Source: Candidatus Omnitrophota bacterium (GTDB lineage Bacteria > Omnitrophota > Omnitrophia > Omnitrophales > Aquincolibacteriaceae). Taken from it: a stretch of 64,000 nt of DNA. The stretch lies in NCBI GenBank assembly GCA_003140935.1, contig PLLJ01000052.1, positions 12,642 through 76,641 on the forward strand, read 5' to 3'. The notes under the pieces are model-generated. The model had not been told where the DNA came from. It did no database searches and saw nothing but the letters and a program-made list of their open reading frames with translations. Within the stretch, counting starts at the first letter, position 1, and each line of letters opens with the position of its first letter. Made by a program: the position numbers and the translations under genes. Below are positions 1 to 11,663 of the stretch, piece after piece.

Positions 1-1899
<1,899 letters not shown>

Positions 1900-1936
1900 C
1901 GCTTCGTGGCTATGAATTCCGGTTGAGAAGGACTGG

Positions 1937-2059
1937 ATGGATGCCGATAACATAGAGGATACGCCGTCCGGTGATTCAGGCAGAAACAAGGACTTTTCCG
2001 GCGGGTCAATAAGCGGAATTTTTTTCGGAGTTTTAAAAGGGCGGTTTCCGAAACAGTGA
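1937..2059 (+). CDS. putative 40-aa small protein between atpD and gspE
   Basis: AAGGA upstream of ATG 1937. Translates to MDADNIEDTPSGDSGRNKDFSGGSISGIFFGVLKGRFPKQ. Its TGA overlaps the GTG at 2056 (GTGA). Confidence 0.35.
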   Translation: MDADNIEDTPSGDSGRNKDFSGGSISGIFFGVLKGRFPKQ

Positions 2060-4257
2060 GCGGGGAATCATCAATGAGCTCGAATTTAGATTCGATTTTG
2101 TCAGAAGCGCTTATGGAACAGGGGATCGTGACACGCGATATCCTGGGACCCCTTCTAAAAAAATCCGGACAGACAGTCGGCGGACTCGGGGCTCTTCTGA
2201 TCCAACAGGGTCTTGTCACGGAAGATGTTGTTTTAAAGATCTATGCCTCTAAACTCAAGCTGGAGAAACTCGAGGGCTCCCAACTCGGGGTCGAAAAAAG
2301 CGCGATCGATCGCGTTCCCTTGAAGATCGCCGAATACTACCGGTTCTTGCCGATCAAACTTGAAAACCGGAAGATGACCGTCGCGGTATCCATCCCTTTC
2401 GATATCAGAACACAAGATGCCGTCCAAACCGTTGTGGGCTACGAAATCGTCATGGTCTTGGCTCGGGAGCAGGATATTCTCGATGGGATCAAGAAGTGGT
2501 ACGGTTTGGGAGCGGGAACGATCGAGAAGATCCTCCAGACGACGACCACCTCGGAAAAGCAGGCAACGGTCACCGCGGAAGCGACCGAAAAAGTAGAAGA
2601 GATCGAAAAGCTTGCCGGAGATGCCTCCGTGATCAAGCTGGTGAACCAGATCCTGATGGATGCGAACCAGAAAAGAGCCACGGACATTCACATTGAACCC
2701 TATCGCGGCAAGGTCAAAGTCCGTTACCGCATTGACGGCGTTCTTTATAACACCAATATGCCTCCCGAGATCAAACAATTTATCCTGTCCATCGCGTCCC
2801 GGATCAAGATCATGGCCAATCTCAACATTATCGAGAAGCGCCTTCCGCAAGACGGTCGCGCCATCGTAAAAATATCGGGTAATACCATTGATCTTCGCGT
2901 TTCGTCCATCCCCACGCCCTCCGGGGAAAGCATCGTGATACGGCTTCTTCCCATGACCCGGCTTTTCAGTCTTGAAAAGTTAGGATTGAGCAAAGAGGAG
3001 ACGGATCTTTTTTCGAAATTGATCGAAAAACCGCACGGCATTATCTTGATCACGGGACCGACCGGGAGCGGTAAATCGACGACACTTTACGCCTGTCTTA
3101 GCATGATCAATACCGATGAACGCAAGATCATCACGATCGAAGATCCGGTTGAATATGAAATGGAAGGCGTCACCCAGATCCAAGTGCTATCCTCGATCGG
3201 TCTTGATTTCGCAAGGGGATTGAGGAGTATTCTGCGCCATGATCCCGACGTGATCATGGTGGGGGAGATCCGGGACTTGGAGACGGCTGAAACCGCAGCG
3301 CGTGTCGCGCTTACGGGACACCTGGTCTTTTCCACACTGCATACCAATGACGCGGCCAGCGGCGTTACCCGGTTGGTGGACATTGGCGTGGAACCTTATT
3401 TGGTCGCCTCGAGCGTGGAGGCCTTTATTGCCCAGCGTTTGGTACGCACGATCTGTGAGCATTGCAAAGAAGAGGACAAGGGAAAACACGATGAGATCAA
3501 AGTGAAGATCGTCAAAGAGCTCGGGTTACCCTCCATGGATGACGTAAAGCTTTACAGGGGAAAGGGTTGTGAGAAATGCAATTCCACGGGATTTTGGGGA
3601 CGTGTTGCCATTTTTGAGATTCTCCTTGTCGACGATTATATACGCGAACTCATCATGAAACGGGTACCTGCCAGCGACATATGCCGTTACGCGATCTCGC
3701 AAGGGATGCATACTCTGAGGCAAAGTGGCTGGCAAAAAGTCATCGCAGGGTACACGACCCCGGAAGAGATCATCGAAGTCGCGCCTGATGAGATCCTGAG
3801 CGAAGAAGAAAAAGCGGCAACCCATCCTTCAGAGGCGGCGTCTCCTGTGTTGAAACCGGAATCCTCGGAAAGTCCTACCTCAGAAGAAAAAGAAGGCCGT
3901 TGGGTAGAGAAACGTGCCTTTATGCGATTGGATGTTAAAGTGAGCATCCGTCATCGGGTCCTGGGCGCCGTGGAACTTGAAAAAAAGAATTTTAAAATAG
4001 ACCAATATGGCGTGACTAAAAATCTGAGTGCCGGTGGACTTGTTTTTGCGTCGCCCGAACAGCCCAAGGTGGGCTCGGTCCTGGAATTGGAAATCGAACT
4101 TCCCCTGGATAAAAACACCATCCGATGCTATGCGAAAACGGTTCGTGTCGTGGAATCGGAAGAAAAAGGGTATTATGACATTTCGTTGTGTTTTCTGGAT
4201 CTTTCCGGAGCCGACCGGGCTAAATTGTCTCAATTCATCCAAGAAGAGGTTACTTGA
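2056..4257 (+). CDS. gspE: GspE/PilB-family secretion/pilus assembly ATPase with C-terminal PilZ domain
   Basis: ATDIHIEP, RLPQDGR, Walker A GPTGSGKS, TIEDPVE, LRHDPDVIMVGEIRD, TGHLVFSTLHTND and a tetracysteine motif (CEHC..CEKC). The C-terminus has RAFMR and NLSAGG PilZ motifs. Alternative start ATG 2074. Confidence 0.95.
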   Translation: MSGESSMSSNLDSILSEALMEQGIVTRDILGPLLKKSGQTVGGLGALLIQQGLVTEDVVLKIYASKLKLEKLEGSQLGVEKSAIDRVPLKIAEYYRFLPIKLENRKMTVAVSIPFDIRTQDAVQTVVGYEIVMVLAREQDILDGIKKWYGLGAGTIEKILQTTTTSEKQATVTAEATEKVEEIEKLAGDASVIKLVNQILMDANQKRATDIHIEPYRGKVKVRYRIDGVLYNTNMPPEIKQFILSIASRIKIMANLNIIEKRLPQDGRAIVKISGNTIDLRVSSIPTPSGESIVIRLLPMTRLFSLEKLGLSKEETDLFSKLIEKPHGIILITGPTGSGKSTTLYACLSMINTDERKIITIEDPVEYEMEGVTQIQVLSSIGLDFARGLRSILRHDPDVIMVGEIRDLETAETAARVALTGHLVFSTLHTNDAASGVTRLVDIGVEPYLVASSVEAFIAQRLVRTICEHCKEEDKGKHDEIKVKIVKELGLPSMDDVKLYRGKGCEKCNSTGFWGRVAIFEILLVDDYIRELIMKRVPASDICRYAISQGMHTLRQSGWQKVIAGYTTPEEIIEVAPDEILSEEEKAATHPSEAASPVLKPESSESPTSEEKEGRWVEKRAFMRLDVKVSIRHRVLGAVELEKKNFKIDQYGVTKNLSAGGLVFASPEQPKVGSVLELEIELPLDKNTIRCYAKTVRVVESEEKGYYDISLCFLDLSGADRAKLSQFIQEEVT

Positions 4258-4328
4258 TGACAGAGTTCCGTTCGGAGCCCCGGGCGGAAAAAGATAAAGC
4301 GTATCCCAACCTACTATGAGAACGAAAA

Positions 4329-5591
4329 ATGACGACTTTTAAATATCGAGCAAAAGAAAAACAAGGCCAAACCATCGAAGGATTGATCGAGGCTGCCAGC
4401 GAGGAAGAAGCCGTCGAAAAAGTGAGCCAGCTCGGGCATATCCCGATGCGGGTCGAGCAGACGACTGCCGGAAAAAAGGAAGAAAAAGAGGACATCGTTT
4501 CCGGAGTTTCTTTCGCGGAGCGAATGAAGTCCAAGTCCGGAATGTCTTTGGGAGGAAGGATCAAGGGAAAAGAGATCACGGCTTTCGGAAGACAATTGTC
4601 GAGCCTTATCCGTTCCGGAGTTCCGATCCTTAAGGCGATCGGGATCATTAGCGAACAGTCTGAAAATCCCGTTTTCAAGAAAATGCTGGGCCAGATCTAC
4701 GACGATGTAAAGAACGGAGCACCGTTTTCAAAATCTCTAAGTAAATATCCGGATTTTTTCCCCCCGTTATATATTGCTTTAGTAGCGGCCGGTGAATTCA
4801 GCGGGAATTTGGATCAATCTCTTCTGCGTGTTACGGAATACCGCCAGAAACAAGAGGAGATTCTCTCTCGAGTGCGTTCTTCCCTGATCTATCCGGCGCT
4901 TATGGCCGTTACGGGCACCGGAACGATCATTTTCATGCTGGCTTTTGTGATGCCGCGGCTTTTAGGAGTTTTTGCGCGGATGGGCGGAGAGCTTCCGCTT
5001 CCAACGAAGATACTGATTCAGGTAAGTACGTGGGTCCGGGATCCTTGGGTCTGGGGGATCGCACTCGTGGGTGCCATCTTGGTAATCCTGCGGCTCCGGA
5101 AAAAAAATGCCAAGCAAAGTGTTGCCATGAGCCGCTTTATCCTGGGACTGCCCGTTGTCGGGTCGTTTACGCTCAAGGTCCAGATCGCACGGTTTACACG
5201 GACTCTGGAACTTTTGATCAAGAGCGGCATTGCCATCATTGAGGCGATCCAGACCGCGGCGCCTGTCGTGAGCAGCCCGGTTCTCAGGGATGAGCTTTTC
5301 AAATGTTTGAAGGACATCAAGGAAGGCGGATCTTTCGGGAAGAGTTTAAAAAAATCAAAAAGTTTTCCGAATTTCATGACCAATCTTCTAAGCGTGGGCG
5401 AAGAATCAGGAAAACTTGACGAGGCCTTAGGGGAGATCGCGAACTTTTATGAGCGTGAGTCCGATGAAGCGACCCGTATCATCACATCGCTTATGGAGCC
5501 TCTTATGATCCTGGGGATGGGGCTGGTGGTCGGATTTATCGTGATCGCCATGCTACTTCCCATGTTTGAAATCAACATGATGGTGAAATAG
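4329..5591 (+). CDS. gspF: GspF/PilC inner-membrane platform protein
   Basis: FKYRAK N-terminus, RQLSSLIRSGVPI, AGEFSGNL, SLIYP, VGEESGKL, LMEP, AMLLPMF. Confidence 0.95.
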   Translation: MTTFKYRAKEKQGQTIEGLIEAASEEEAVEKVSQLGHIPMRVEQTTAGKKEEKEDIVSGVSFAERMKSKSGMSLGGRIKGKEITAFGRQLSSLIRSGVPILKAIGIISEQSENPVFKKMLGQIYDDVKNGAPFSKSLSKYPDFFPPLYIALVAAGEFSGNLDQSLLRVTEYRQKQEEILSRVRSSLIYPALMAVTGTGTIIFMLAFVMPRLLGVFARMGGELPLPTKILIQVSTWVRDPWVWGIALVGAILVILRLRKKNAKQSVAMSRFILGLPVVGSFTLKVQIARFTRTLELLIKSGIAIIEAIQTAAPVVSSPVLRDELFKCLKDIKEGGSFGKSLKKSKSFPNFMTNLLSVGEESGKLDEALGEIANFYERESDEATRIITSLMEPLMILGMGLVVGFIVIAMLLPMFEINMMVK

Positions 5592-5597
5592 CAAAAC

Positions 5598-6398
5598 ATG
5601 ATGGATCGAAAGAAATTATTTCAAGGATGGGTCATTCTGTTCTCTTGGGCGCTGCTGGTGGCATTGGGTCCGGAAAAGATGCCCTGGGAAGAAATCCGGG
5701 GGGACCATTTTATCGTCTTCCATTTTGGCGATGAGCCTTTCGCTCAAGAGGTACTCAAGAAGGCAGAACAATATTATAAAAAGATCGGTGAAGATCTCGG
5801 GTATGAACGTCGCTCCGGTTTTTGGCAATGGGGCGATAGAGCTAAGATCTACATTTATAAAACAAAAGAGGATTTTCTTAAAAATTCCGGGAAGGCGGAG
5901 TGGTCTGAGGGATATGCCAATTATAATCAAAAGAGCATCGTAAGTTATGAATGGAAAAAAGATTTTTTAGAAGCTCTTTTACCGCACGAAATTACCCACT
6001 TAATATTCCGTGATTATGTGGGATTTCAGGGAGAAGTGCCTATCTGGCTCGACGAGGGAGTGGCGCAGTGGGAAGAGCCCGCAAAACGGAACGTGGTGCG
6101 TTCCATCATGCGAGGCTATCTCGAGACAGGGAGAGGATATGCCCTGGAGGACTTGACGGCCATAGATGTCAGAAATATCTCCGCCCGACCAGCGGTCGAG
6201 ATTTTTTATGTTGAGGCGGCTTCCATCGTCGATTTTTTGATCGCGAAATTCGGTTCGGATAGTTTCATTTTTTTCTGTCGTCAACTCAGGGATGGGAAAA
6301 GCATCGGAGCCGCCTTGCCTTTTGCCTATCCCACCCAAATGCGCACTGTTAAGGAAATGGAGGAAAAATGGAAAACTTACATCAACGGCGCTTCTTAA
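5598..6398 (+). CDS. exported zinc metallopeptidase, peptidase MA-like (gluzincin)
   Basis: N-terminal hydrophobic segment. HEITH zinc motif followed by P.WLDEGVAQ, which supplies the third-ligand Glu. Confidence 0.75.
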   Translation: MMDRKKLFQGWVILFSWALLVALGPEKMPWEEIRGDHFIVFHFGDEPFAQEVLKKAEQYYKKIGEDLGYERRSGFWQWGDRAKIYIYKTKEDFLKNSGKAEWSEGYANYNQKSIVSYEWKKDFLEALLPHEITHLIFRDYVGFQGEVPIWLDEGVAQWEEPAKRNVVRSIMRGYLETGRGYALEDLTAIDVRNISARPAVEIFYVEAASIVDFLIAKFGSDSFIFFCRQLRDGKSIGAALPFAYPTQMRTVKEMEEKWKTYINGAS

Positions 6399-6802
6399 AG
6401 TCCCGTGCGGGATTCACGCTCATTGAGCTGATGCTGGTCGTGATCATCATTGGAGCGCTTGTGGCGATGGTGTTGCCGCGACTCTCCGGAAGAACGGAGC
6501 AAGCGCGGATCCAGGCGGCGCAGGCTGATATCCGTTCGAATATCGCTACCGCTCTCAAACTTTACGAACTGGATAATGGGTCGTTTCCCTCCACAAGCGA
6601 AGGGCTTAATGCCCTCCTCGCCAAGTCTGGGGATGCACGGAATTGGAACGGGCCTTATTTGGAAAAAAAGCCCATAGACCCTTGGGGGAGGGAGTACAAA
6701 TATGAATGTCCGGGAGGGCACCGGACGCAAGACTACGATCTGTATTCCATAGGGAAAGACGGTCAAAGCGGAACGGCCGATGATATCACCAACTGGGACT
6801 AA
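6368..6802 (+). CDS. gspG: major pseudopilin GspG
   Basis: Class III signal G|FTLIELMLVVIIIG, ALKLYELDNGSFP, WNGPYL, DPWGREY and LYSIGKDG...DDITNW. Confidence 0.95.
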   Translation: MENLHQRRFLKSRAGFTLIELMLVVIIIGALVAMVLPRLSGRTEQARIQAAQADIRSNIATALKLYELDNGSFPSTSEGLNALLAKSGDARNWNGPYLEKKPIDPWGREYKYECPGGHRTQDYDLYSIGKDGQSGTADDITNWD

Positions 6803-7190
6803 AAAGAGATCGCGGGGTTTTTCCCTGATCGAGGTCTTGATCACAGTGTCCTTGTTGGCTTTGGCGACCGTTTTCATTACCCAGGCCAATTTGCTGAGCG
6901 GTGCCGTGTACGGACGCTATGCCAACAGGTTGGAGGTCCAGAACTGGGCCGCACAGAAGATGTGGGGGATCAAAGAATCCATTCTCGCCGAAGATTTTCC
7001 GGATGTAAGTCCTACCCAGGGAACCGTTGAGGGAAAGACCCGATCCTACCAATGGAAAGCCACTATCGACCAGCAGAAGGAGAAGCTTACCGAACTGTAC
7101 CTTGCTCGCTTAGAAGTTTTGTGGCGGGAGGGCGGTCAGGAGAATCGTCTGGACAGGTATGGGGCCATAATGAAGGTGAGGGACAAGTAA
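6780..7190 (+). CDS. minor pseudopilin (GspI-like)
   Basis: RG|FSLIEVLI prepilin motif, short length, position after gspG. Confidence 0.8.
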   Translation: MISPTGTKKRSRGFSLIEVLITVSLLALATVFITQANLLSGAVYGRYANRLEVQNWAAQKMWGIKESILAEDFPDVSPTQGTVEGKTRSYQWKATIDQQKEKLTELYLARLEVLWREGGQENRLDRYGAIMKVRDK

Positions 7191-7191
7191 G

Positions 7192-7794
7192 ATGAAAAGG
7201 GAGGCTGGTTTTACTTTGGTGGAATTATTGGTGGTCGTTTCTCTTATGGCGTTGATCGGCATGTCTCTGTACGCCATGTTCGGAAGCGCCATGAATATGA
7301 TGCGCAGGGTCAGTCGTTCCGAAATTGCTGAAGATGTCGGTATTTTTCTTGAGAGGTTCGATCGCGAGATCTCTAGCCAGATTATTTTTAAAGGAATTCC
7401 TTTTAACGGAAAAGAAACGCTTTTGAGTTTCCCGTCTCGCATCGGGTTGGATAAGAGGGTGCCGTTGAATAGGGGGATCGGCCGGGTCAGTTATTTTTTT
7501 GACGAATCACGCCGGGTCTTTGCGCGAAGGCAGGAGAATCTGGGTCAGATCTATAAGCCGGGAGAAGAAGAAAAAGCGACAGCAGTGCTGGAGGGTGTTT
7601 CCGGTTTAAAATTCCAGTATTTTATTTATCGTAAGGCCGAGAAGGTATATGAATGGGTCCCGGAATGGGATTCTTTGGGGAACGGGGGAGAGATTCCTTC
7701 TGCAGTGAAAGTTGAATTCAGTTGTGCCCGGGGAGAGGAGCCGCATGCATTTGAAAGGACCATTGCGATACCCATCGCAGAGATCACGCGGTAG
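7192..7794 (+). CDS. minor pseudopilin (GspJ-like)
   Basis: AG|FTLVELLVV prepilin motif and C-terminal W..EWD...IPSAVKVEF typical of GspJ. Confidence 0.8.
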   Translation: MKREAGFTLVELLVVVSLMALIGMSLYAMFGSAMNMMRRVSRSEIAEDVGIFLERFDREISSQIIFKGIPFNGKETLLSFPSRIGLDKRVPLNRGIGRVSYFFDESRRVFARRQENLGQIYKPGEEEKATAVLEGVSGLKFQYFIYRKAEKVYEWVPEWDSLGNGGEIPSAVKVEFSCARGEEPHAFERTIAIPIAEITR

Positions 7795-8851
7795 TTTGCT
7801 TATTGTAACGCTTTGGATGATAGCGATACTCACCATCCTTTCGGTCTCGATAGGCGAGTATGTCCGCCAGAAGATCTCTTTGGCGGACCGGCTCGACCGG
7901 AGGGATTGGCTTTGCGGCGTTTCGGAAGTGGGAATTTCTCAAGTGCTTTACCGGCTCCGGCAGAAAAAAGAAGCCGATGAAGGTTATCATTCTTTGAACG
8001 ATACATATACAAGCGGCAAAAAGGATTTTTCGAATGTTGCGGTGGGAGAGGCCACTTATACGATCTCCTATCCCTACCGGGATACAAAGGGTGGAGAACT
8101 CAAAACCCACTATGGAGTAGAGGATGAGGAAGGAAAGATCAACATCAATATGCTTGATCCCAATGTCCTCAGTACCTTTTTTCAGAAAGTGGGCGGCGCC
8201 GAACAGGAACTAGCGGACATGATAGCCTATAGTGTGGTGGATTGGAGAGATACGGACAATTCGCTTTCACATCCCGAATATGGGGCTGAAGATGATTATT
8301 ACGAGGATTTGGAAATTCCTTACGAATCCAAAGATGAAAAATTCGAATCGATCGAGGAACTGCTTCTTGTTCGCGGCATGACGCCTGAAATTTTTGAGAA
8401 AGTGGAGCCTTTTGTAACGGTCTATGGCGTGGGGGTGGTCAATATCAATACGGCGCCCCGGGAAGTTTTAATAGGGCTTGGGATGGATGAGGTTCTTGCC
8501 GATAAGATCATGCTCTTTCGAACGGGGGCCGACCGGGAACAGGGTACCAAGGATGATAATGTTTTCAATCAAGCCGGGGATTGGGGGGCGGAGCTTGGAA
8601 AGCGCGTGGAACTGACCCCTAACGAAATCAATTTTTTGAACCAGACCGTTGCAACGGGGCGATTTGGGGTTAATTCTCATAATTTTCGCATCCGGAGTCT
8701 TGCGGCAATACCTCGCAAGCAGCAGGCTCTCGAGATCGATGCGATCGCGAATATCGCGGGAAAGATCTTATCATGGTCGGTGGGGGTTCCACGGCGAATG
8801 ACCCCGCTGGAGTTGGGACACGTGGCGCAAAAAAACCGGAATGTGTCATAA
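7745..8851 (+). CDS. gspK: minor pseudopilin GspK
   Basis: RG|SLLIVTLW (no E5, typical of GspK), DEEGKININ, DWRDTD, FESIEELLLVRGMT and VNINTAPREVL. Confidence 0.9.
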   Translation: MHLKGPLRYPSQRSRGSLLIVTLWMIAILTILSVSIGEYVRQKISLADRLDRRDWLCGVSEVGISQVLYRLRQKKEADEGYHSLNDTYTSGKKDFSNVAVGEATYTISYPYRDTKGGELKTHYGVEDEEGKININMLDPNVLSTFFQKVGGAEQELADMIAYSVVDWRDTDNSLSHPEYGAEDDYYEDLEIPYESKDEKFESIEELLLVRGMTPEIFEKVEPFVTVYGVGVVNINTAPREVLIGLGMDEVLADKIMLFRTGADREQGTKDDNVFNQAGDWGAELGKRVELTPNEINFLNQTVATGRFGVNSHNFRIRSLAAIPRKQQALEIDAIANIAGKILSWSVGVPRRMTPLELGHVAQKNRNVS

Positions 8852-8860
8852 GGAGTAAAT

Positions 8861-10393
8861 GTGAAATTTAACTTTGGACCCATAGGTTCATTTTTTAAGG
8901 GATGGAAGATCCCGTGGCCCCGGGGTGGGCTTTTCAAGGGGAAAAAAGTTTCTGCAGCCGCAGGCGGCGAAGAATGCTTGTGCTTTAACTTGCAGGAACA
9001 AGAAGTCAAATTGACGGTTTTGGCATCGAAAGCTCTCGGGAACAAACAGGTCGAACAGTTTTATAGCGTTAGCAGCATGGGAGTTCCTGAGGAAGAAATG
9101 GGGGATCGTCTTCGTCCTATTATTGGGGGCCTTCATCTCAAACGTCCCAGGGTGATCGGTCTTATTTCCTCCAATGTTGTCGTGACACGAAATATCGAAA
9201 TTCCCTCCCGCGATCCGGAAGAGATCAGTGAGATCCTGAGCCTGCAGGCATCGCGGCATACACCCTATTCCCGGAATGAGATCATTATCGACTATATCAA
9301 CCTGGGTGTTTTCAAAAGCGTTTACACAAAGGTTCTATTCATCATTGTGCCTCGGAACGTTGTCATGAAGTACTACGAACTTGCTTCCCAGCTTAATCTC
9401 CGGATCGAAAAGATAGTCTTTGCTCCGGAGGCCATCGCACGCTTTTTTTGGAAGGACACGAGCCTTGCTAACGAAAGATTCCCGGTCTGTATTCTTCAGG
9501 TCGATTCGACCACTTCCGAATTTTTGATCGTGTTCCATGGTGCGGCTCTTTTCGTTCGCAGTATTTCCATCGGTGCGCGCCATTTTGAAGCAGCCCTAGA
9601 AGGATATTCTGTCCGCTATATCGAGGAACTTAAAAAGTCTTTCGATACCTATCAAAGCGAAAACATTGATCTGATGCCGGCTCATATTATTTTCGGGGGG
9701 GCTACGCAGGGATTGGAGGATCTAGCTTCGTCCATTCGAGAAACTTTCAATATGTCGGTCAAACAAGTTTCAGACCTGGAAGTTCTGCCCGTTTCTCCAG
9801 AATTAAGAGAGCAGCAAGTGGGGCAGAATGTGGCCTTGTTATCGGCGGTTGCACCGGGTCTTCTTGTGGATGACCTGAAGGTGGATCTGAGTTCCGAAGA
9901 AAGTAAATTCAACCGGGTCATGATCGAGCGGTCAAAACAGGTGATCAGTTCCGGGATTTTAACGATGATTCTCCTGGGGTTGTCGTGTTTTTTAGTGGCG
10001 AGCCATATTTACTCAAAAACGGTCCGTCTCCAACAGCTTGAAGCGCGTTATGAACCGATCAAAAAGGAAGCCAGGGTGCTGGAAGATGCTTATGCGAGGG
10101 TCCGCGCTGTCAAAACGTACTTGACGATGCGTGGGACGGCGCTGGAAGTCTTAACGGAGATTTCTTCCCTCATCTCGTCGGACCTTTATCTGACCGATTT
10201 TAAATTCGAAGCAGGCAAGAAGGTCAGCCTCAAGGGGTCTGCGTACGGGAAGCCTTCTATTTTCACATTGGTCGACGAAATGGGGAATTCCGAGCTCTTT
10301 AAAAACGTTGAAACAAAATACATTACGGGGCGTGTCGAGGAGGGAAAAGAGATTTCCGACTTTGAAATTACAGCCTCCCTGAGAAAAGAATGA
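8861..10393 (+). CDS. PilM-PilN fusion (GspL-like) assembly protein
   Basis: Cytoplasmic actin-like PilM region (VRSISIG, EELKKSFDTYQ, IIFGG), one TM helix, a coiled coil and a PilN-like periplasmic domain (LYLTDFKF..VSLKGSA). Confidence 0.75.
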   Translation: MKFNFGPIGSFFKGWKIPWPRGGLFKGKKVSAAAGGEECLCFNLQEQEVKLTVLASKALGNKQVEQFYSVSSMGVPEEEMGDRLRPIIGGLHLKRPRVIGLISSNVVVTRNIEIPSRDPEEISEILSLQASRHTPYSRNEIIIDYINLGVFKSVYTKVLFIIVPRNVVMKYYELASQLNLRIEKIVFAPEAIARFFWKDTSLANERFPVCILQVDSTTSEFLIVFHGAALFVRSISIGARHFEAALEGYSVRYIEELKKSFDTYQSENIDLMPAHIIFGGATQGLEDLASSIRETFNMSVKQVSDLEVLPVSPELREQQVGQNVALLSAVAPGLLVDDLKVDLSSEESKFNRVMIERSKQVISSGILTMILLGLSCFLVASHIYSKTVRLQQLEARYEPIKKEARVLEDAYARVRAVKTYLTMRGTALEVLTEISSLISSDLYLTDFKFEAGKKVSLKGSAYGKPSIFTLVDEMGNSELFKNVETKYITGRVEEGKEISDFEITASLRKE

Positions 10394-10403
10394 GGAATCT
10401 AAG

Positions 10404-10964
10404 ATGCAACTTATAGACATGAAAAAGCTGGTTGGATTTTTCCAGCATTTGTCGCCGCGGGAAAAGATCATTTTGTATTTGTCGATCATTGCCGTGGTCG
10501 GGGTGGCCGCAGATCAACTTGTCCTGAGCCCCATTCGAAAAAACCTTCAGTCCCTGGATCAGCGAACCCATGATGTGGAGACTAATATCAAGAGAAGTAT
10601 CCATCTCCTTGGCCAAAAAGAGAAAATGATGAAAGAGGCTGAACATTATGCGGCGTATGTATCGCCTTCCAAGTCGTCGGAAGATGGGGTTCTCATACTC
10701 TTGAAGAAGGTCCAGGAACTTGCCAGCCAGGCTTCCGTCAATTTGCTTTACTCAAAACCTGGCGCGGGTGAGACAAAGGAACGCAATGTTTATCGCGTCA
10801 GTCTCGAATGTGAGGGGCAGATGGATCAGCTGATAGGCTTCTTTTATGCTATTGAGAACGCAAAGCTTTTTTGCAGGGTCGAGAAATATTCACTTCAGCC
10901 CACAGCCAAAGGCTCTAGCGTTATTAAATGCACCGCAACCATTTCAATGGCCGGTATTCCCTAA
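10404..10964 (+). CDS. PilO/GspM-like protein
   Basis: LSPREK before the TM helix, a coiled coil and a ferredoxin-like C-terminus (VSLECEGQMDQLIGFFYAIE). Confidence 0.75.
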   Translation: MQLIDMKKLVGFFQHLSPREKIILYLSIIAVVGVAADQLVLSPIRKNLQSLDQRTHDVETNIKRSIHLLGQKEKMMKEAEHYAAYVSPSKSSEDGVLILLKKVQELASQASVNLLYSKPGAGETKERNVYRVSLECEGQMDQLIGFFYAIENAKLFCRVEKYSLQPTAKGSSVIKCTATISMAGIP

Positions 10965-11602
10965 GAGACCGTGTTCGGTCTTTTCATCCGGGTTTCCAGC
11001 GCCTGAGCGATAGCGGTTTTCTTCATTTTTCGAAATTCCTCGATCTGCGCCAAAGCGGAATTCCTGTCTCCCCGATCCAGGAAAATGCCGAAAAGAGCAA
11101 GATGCGCTTTATCAAAGGAAGGGTTGAGCGTTAGGGCTTTTTGATAAAAGAGGATCGCTTGATCGTATTGTTTGAGGTTCGTATACACCAATCCCTTCTG
11201 ATATGCCGCATCAAAACTCTTGGAATTGATCGCGAGCGCTTGGTCAAAGGCTTCAAGAGCCTTATCGGAGTCTTTGCGAGCCGAATAAATAAGGCCCAAA
11301 TTATAGAATGAAATATAAGACGGATCATTTTTGGCAGTCAGTTGAGCGTAGGAGAGTCCCTTGTCCAGGTCTCCGGACTCGGCATAGCAAAGGCTGATCA
11401 GGAGGGTTGCCCGGTTGTTTTTGGGGTTTACTTTGAGGACCTTTTGATATTGTTCAATGGCCTCCGCGTATTGTTTTTTGTTCGCCAATTGGTTGCCCTC
11501 TGCGATATAATTAGCCGTATTTTCAGCACAAAGCCATCCGGGGCAGGGCAACATCAACATAAGGGAAGGAATGATCCAAAAAAGTTTCTTTTTCATGTTC
11601 AT
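10961..11602 (-). CDS. exported TPR-repeat protein
   Basis: Signal peptide and repeated TPR motifs (AIEQYQKVLKVNP, YNLGLIY, AFDQALAINS, YQKALTLNP). Confidence 0.85.
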   Translation of the reverse strand: MNMKKKLFWIIPSLMLMLPCPGWLCAENTANYIAEGNQLANKKQYAEAIEQYQKVLKVNPKNNRATLLISLCYAESGDLDKGLSYAQLTAKNDPSYISFYNLGLIYSARKDSDKALEAFDQALAINSKSFDAAYQKGLVYTNLKQYDQAILFYQKALTLNPSFDKAHLALFGIFLDRGDRNSALAQIEEFRKMKKTAIAQALETRMKRPNTVS

Positions 11603-11663
11603 GGGTAGTCCTTTCTTTGACGCAGAAATGATAGCATACTTTAAAAAACCTGTTGAGCCCAAA

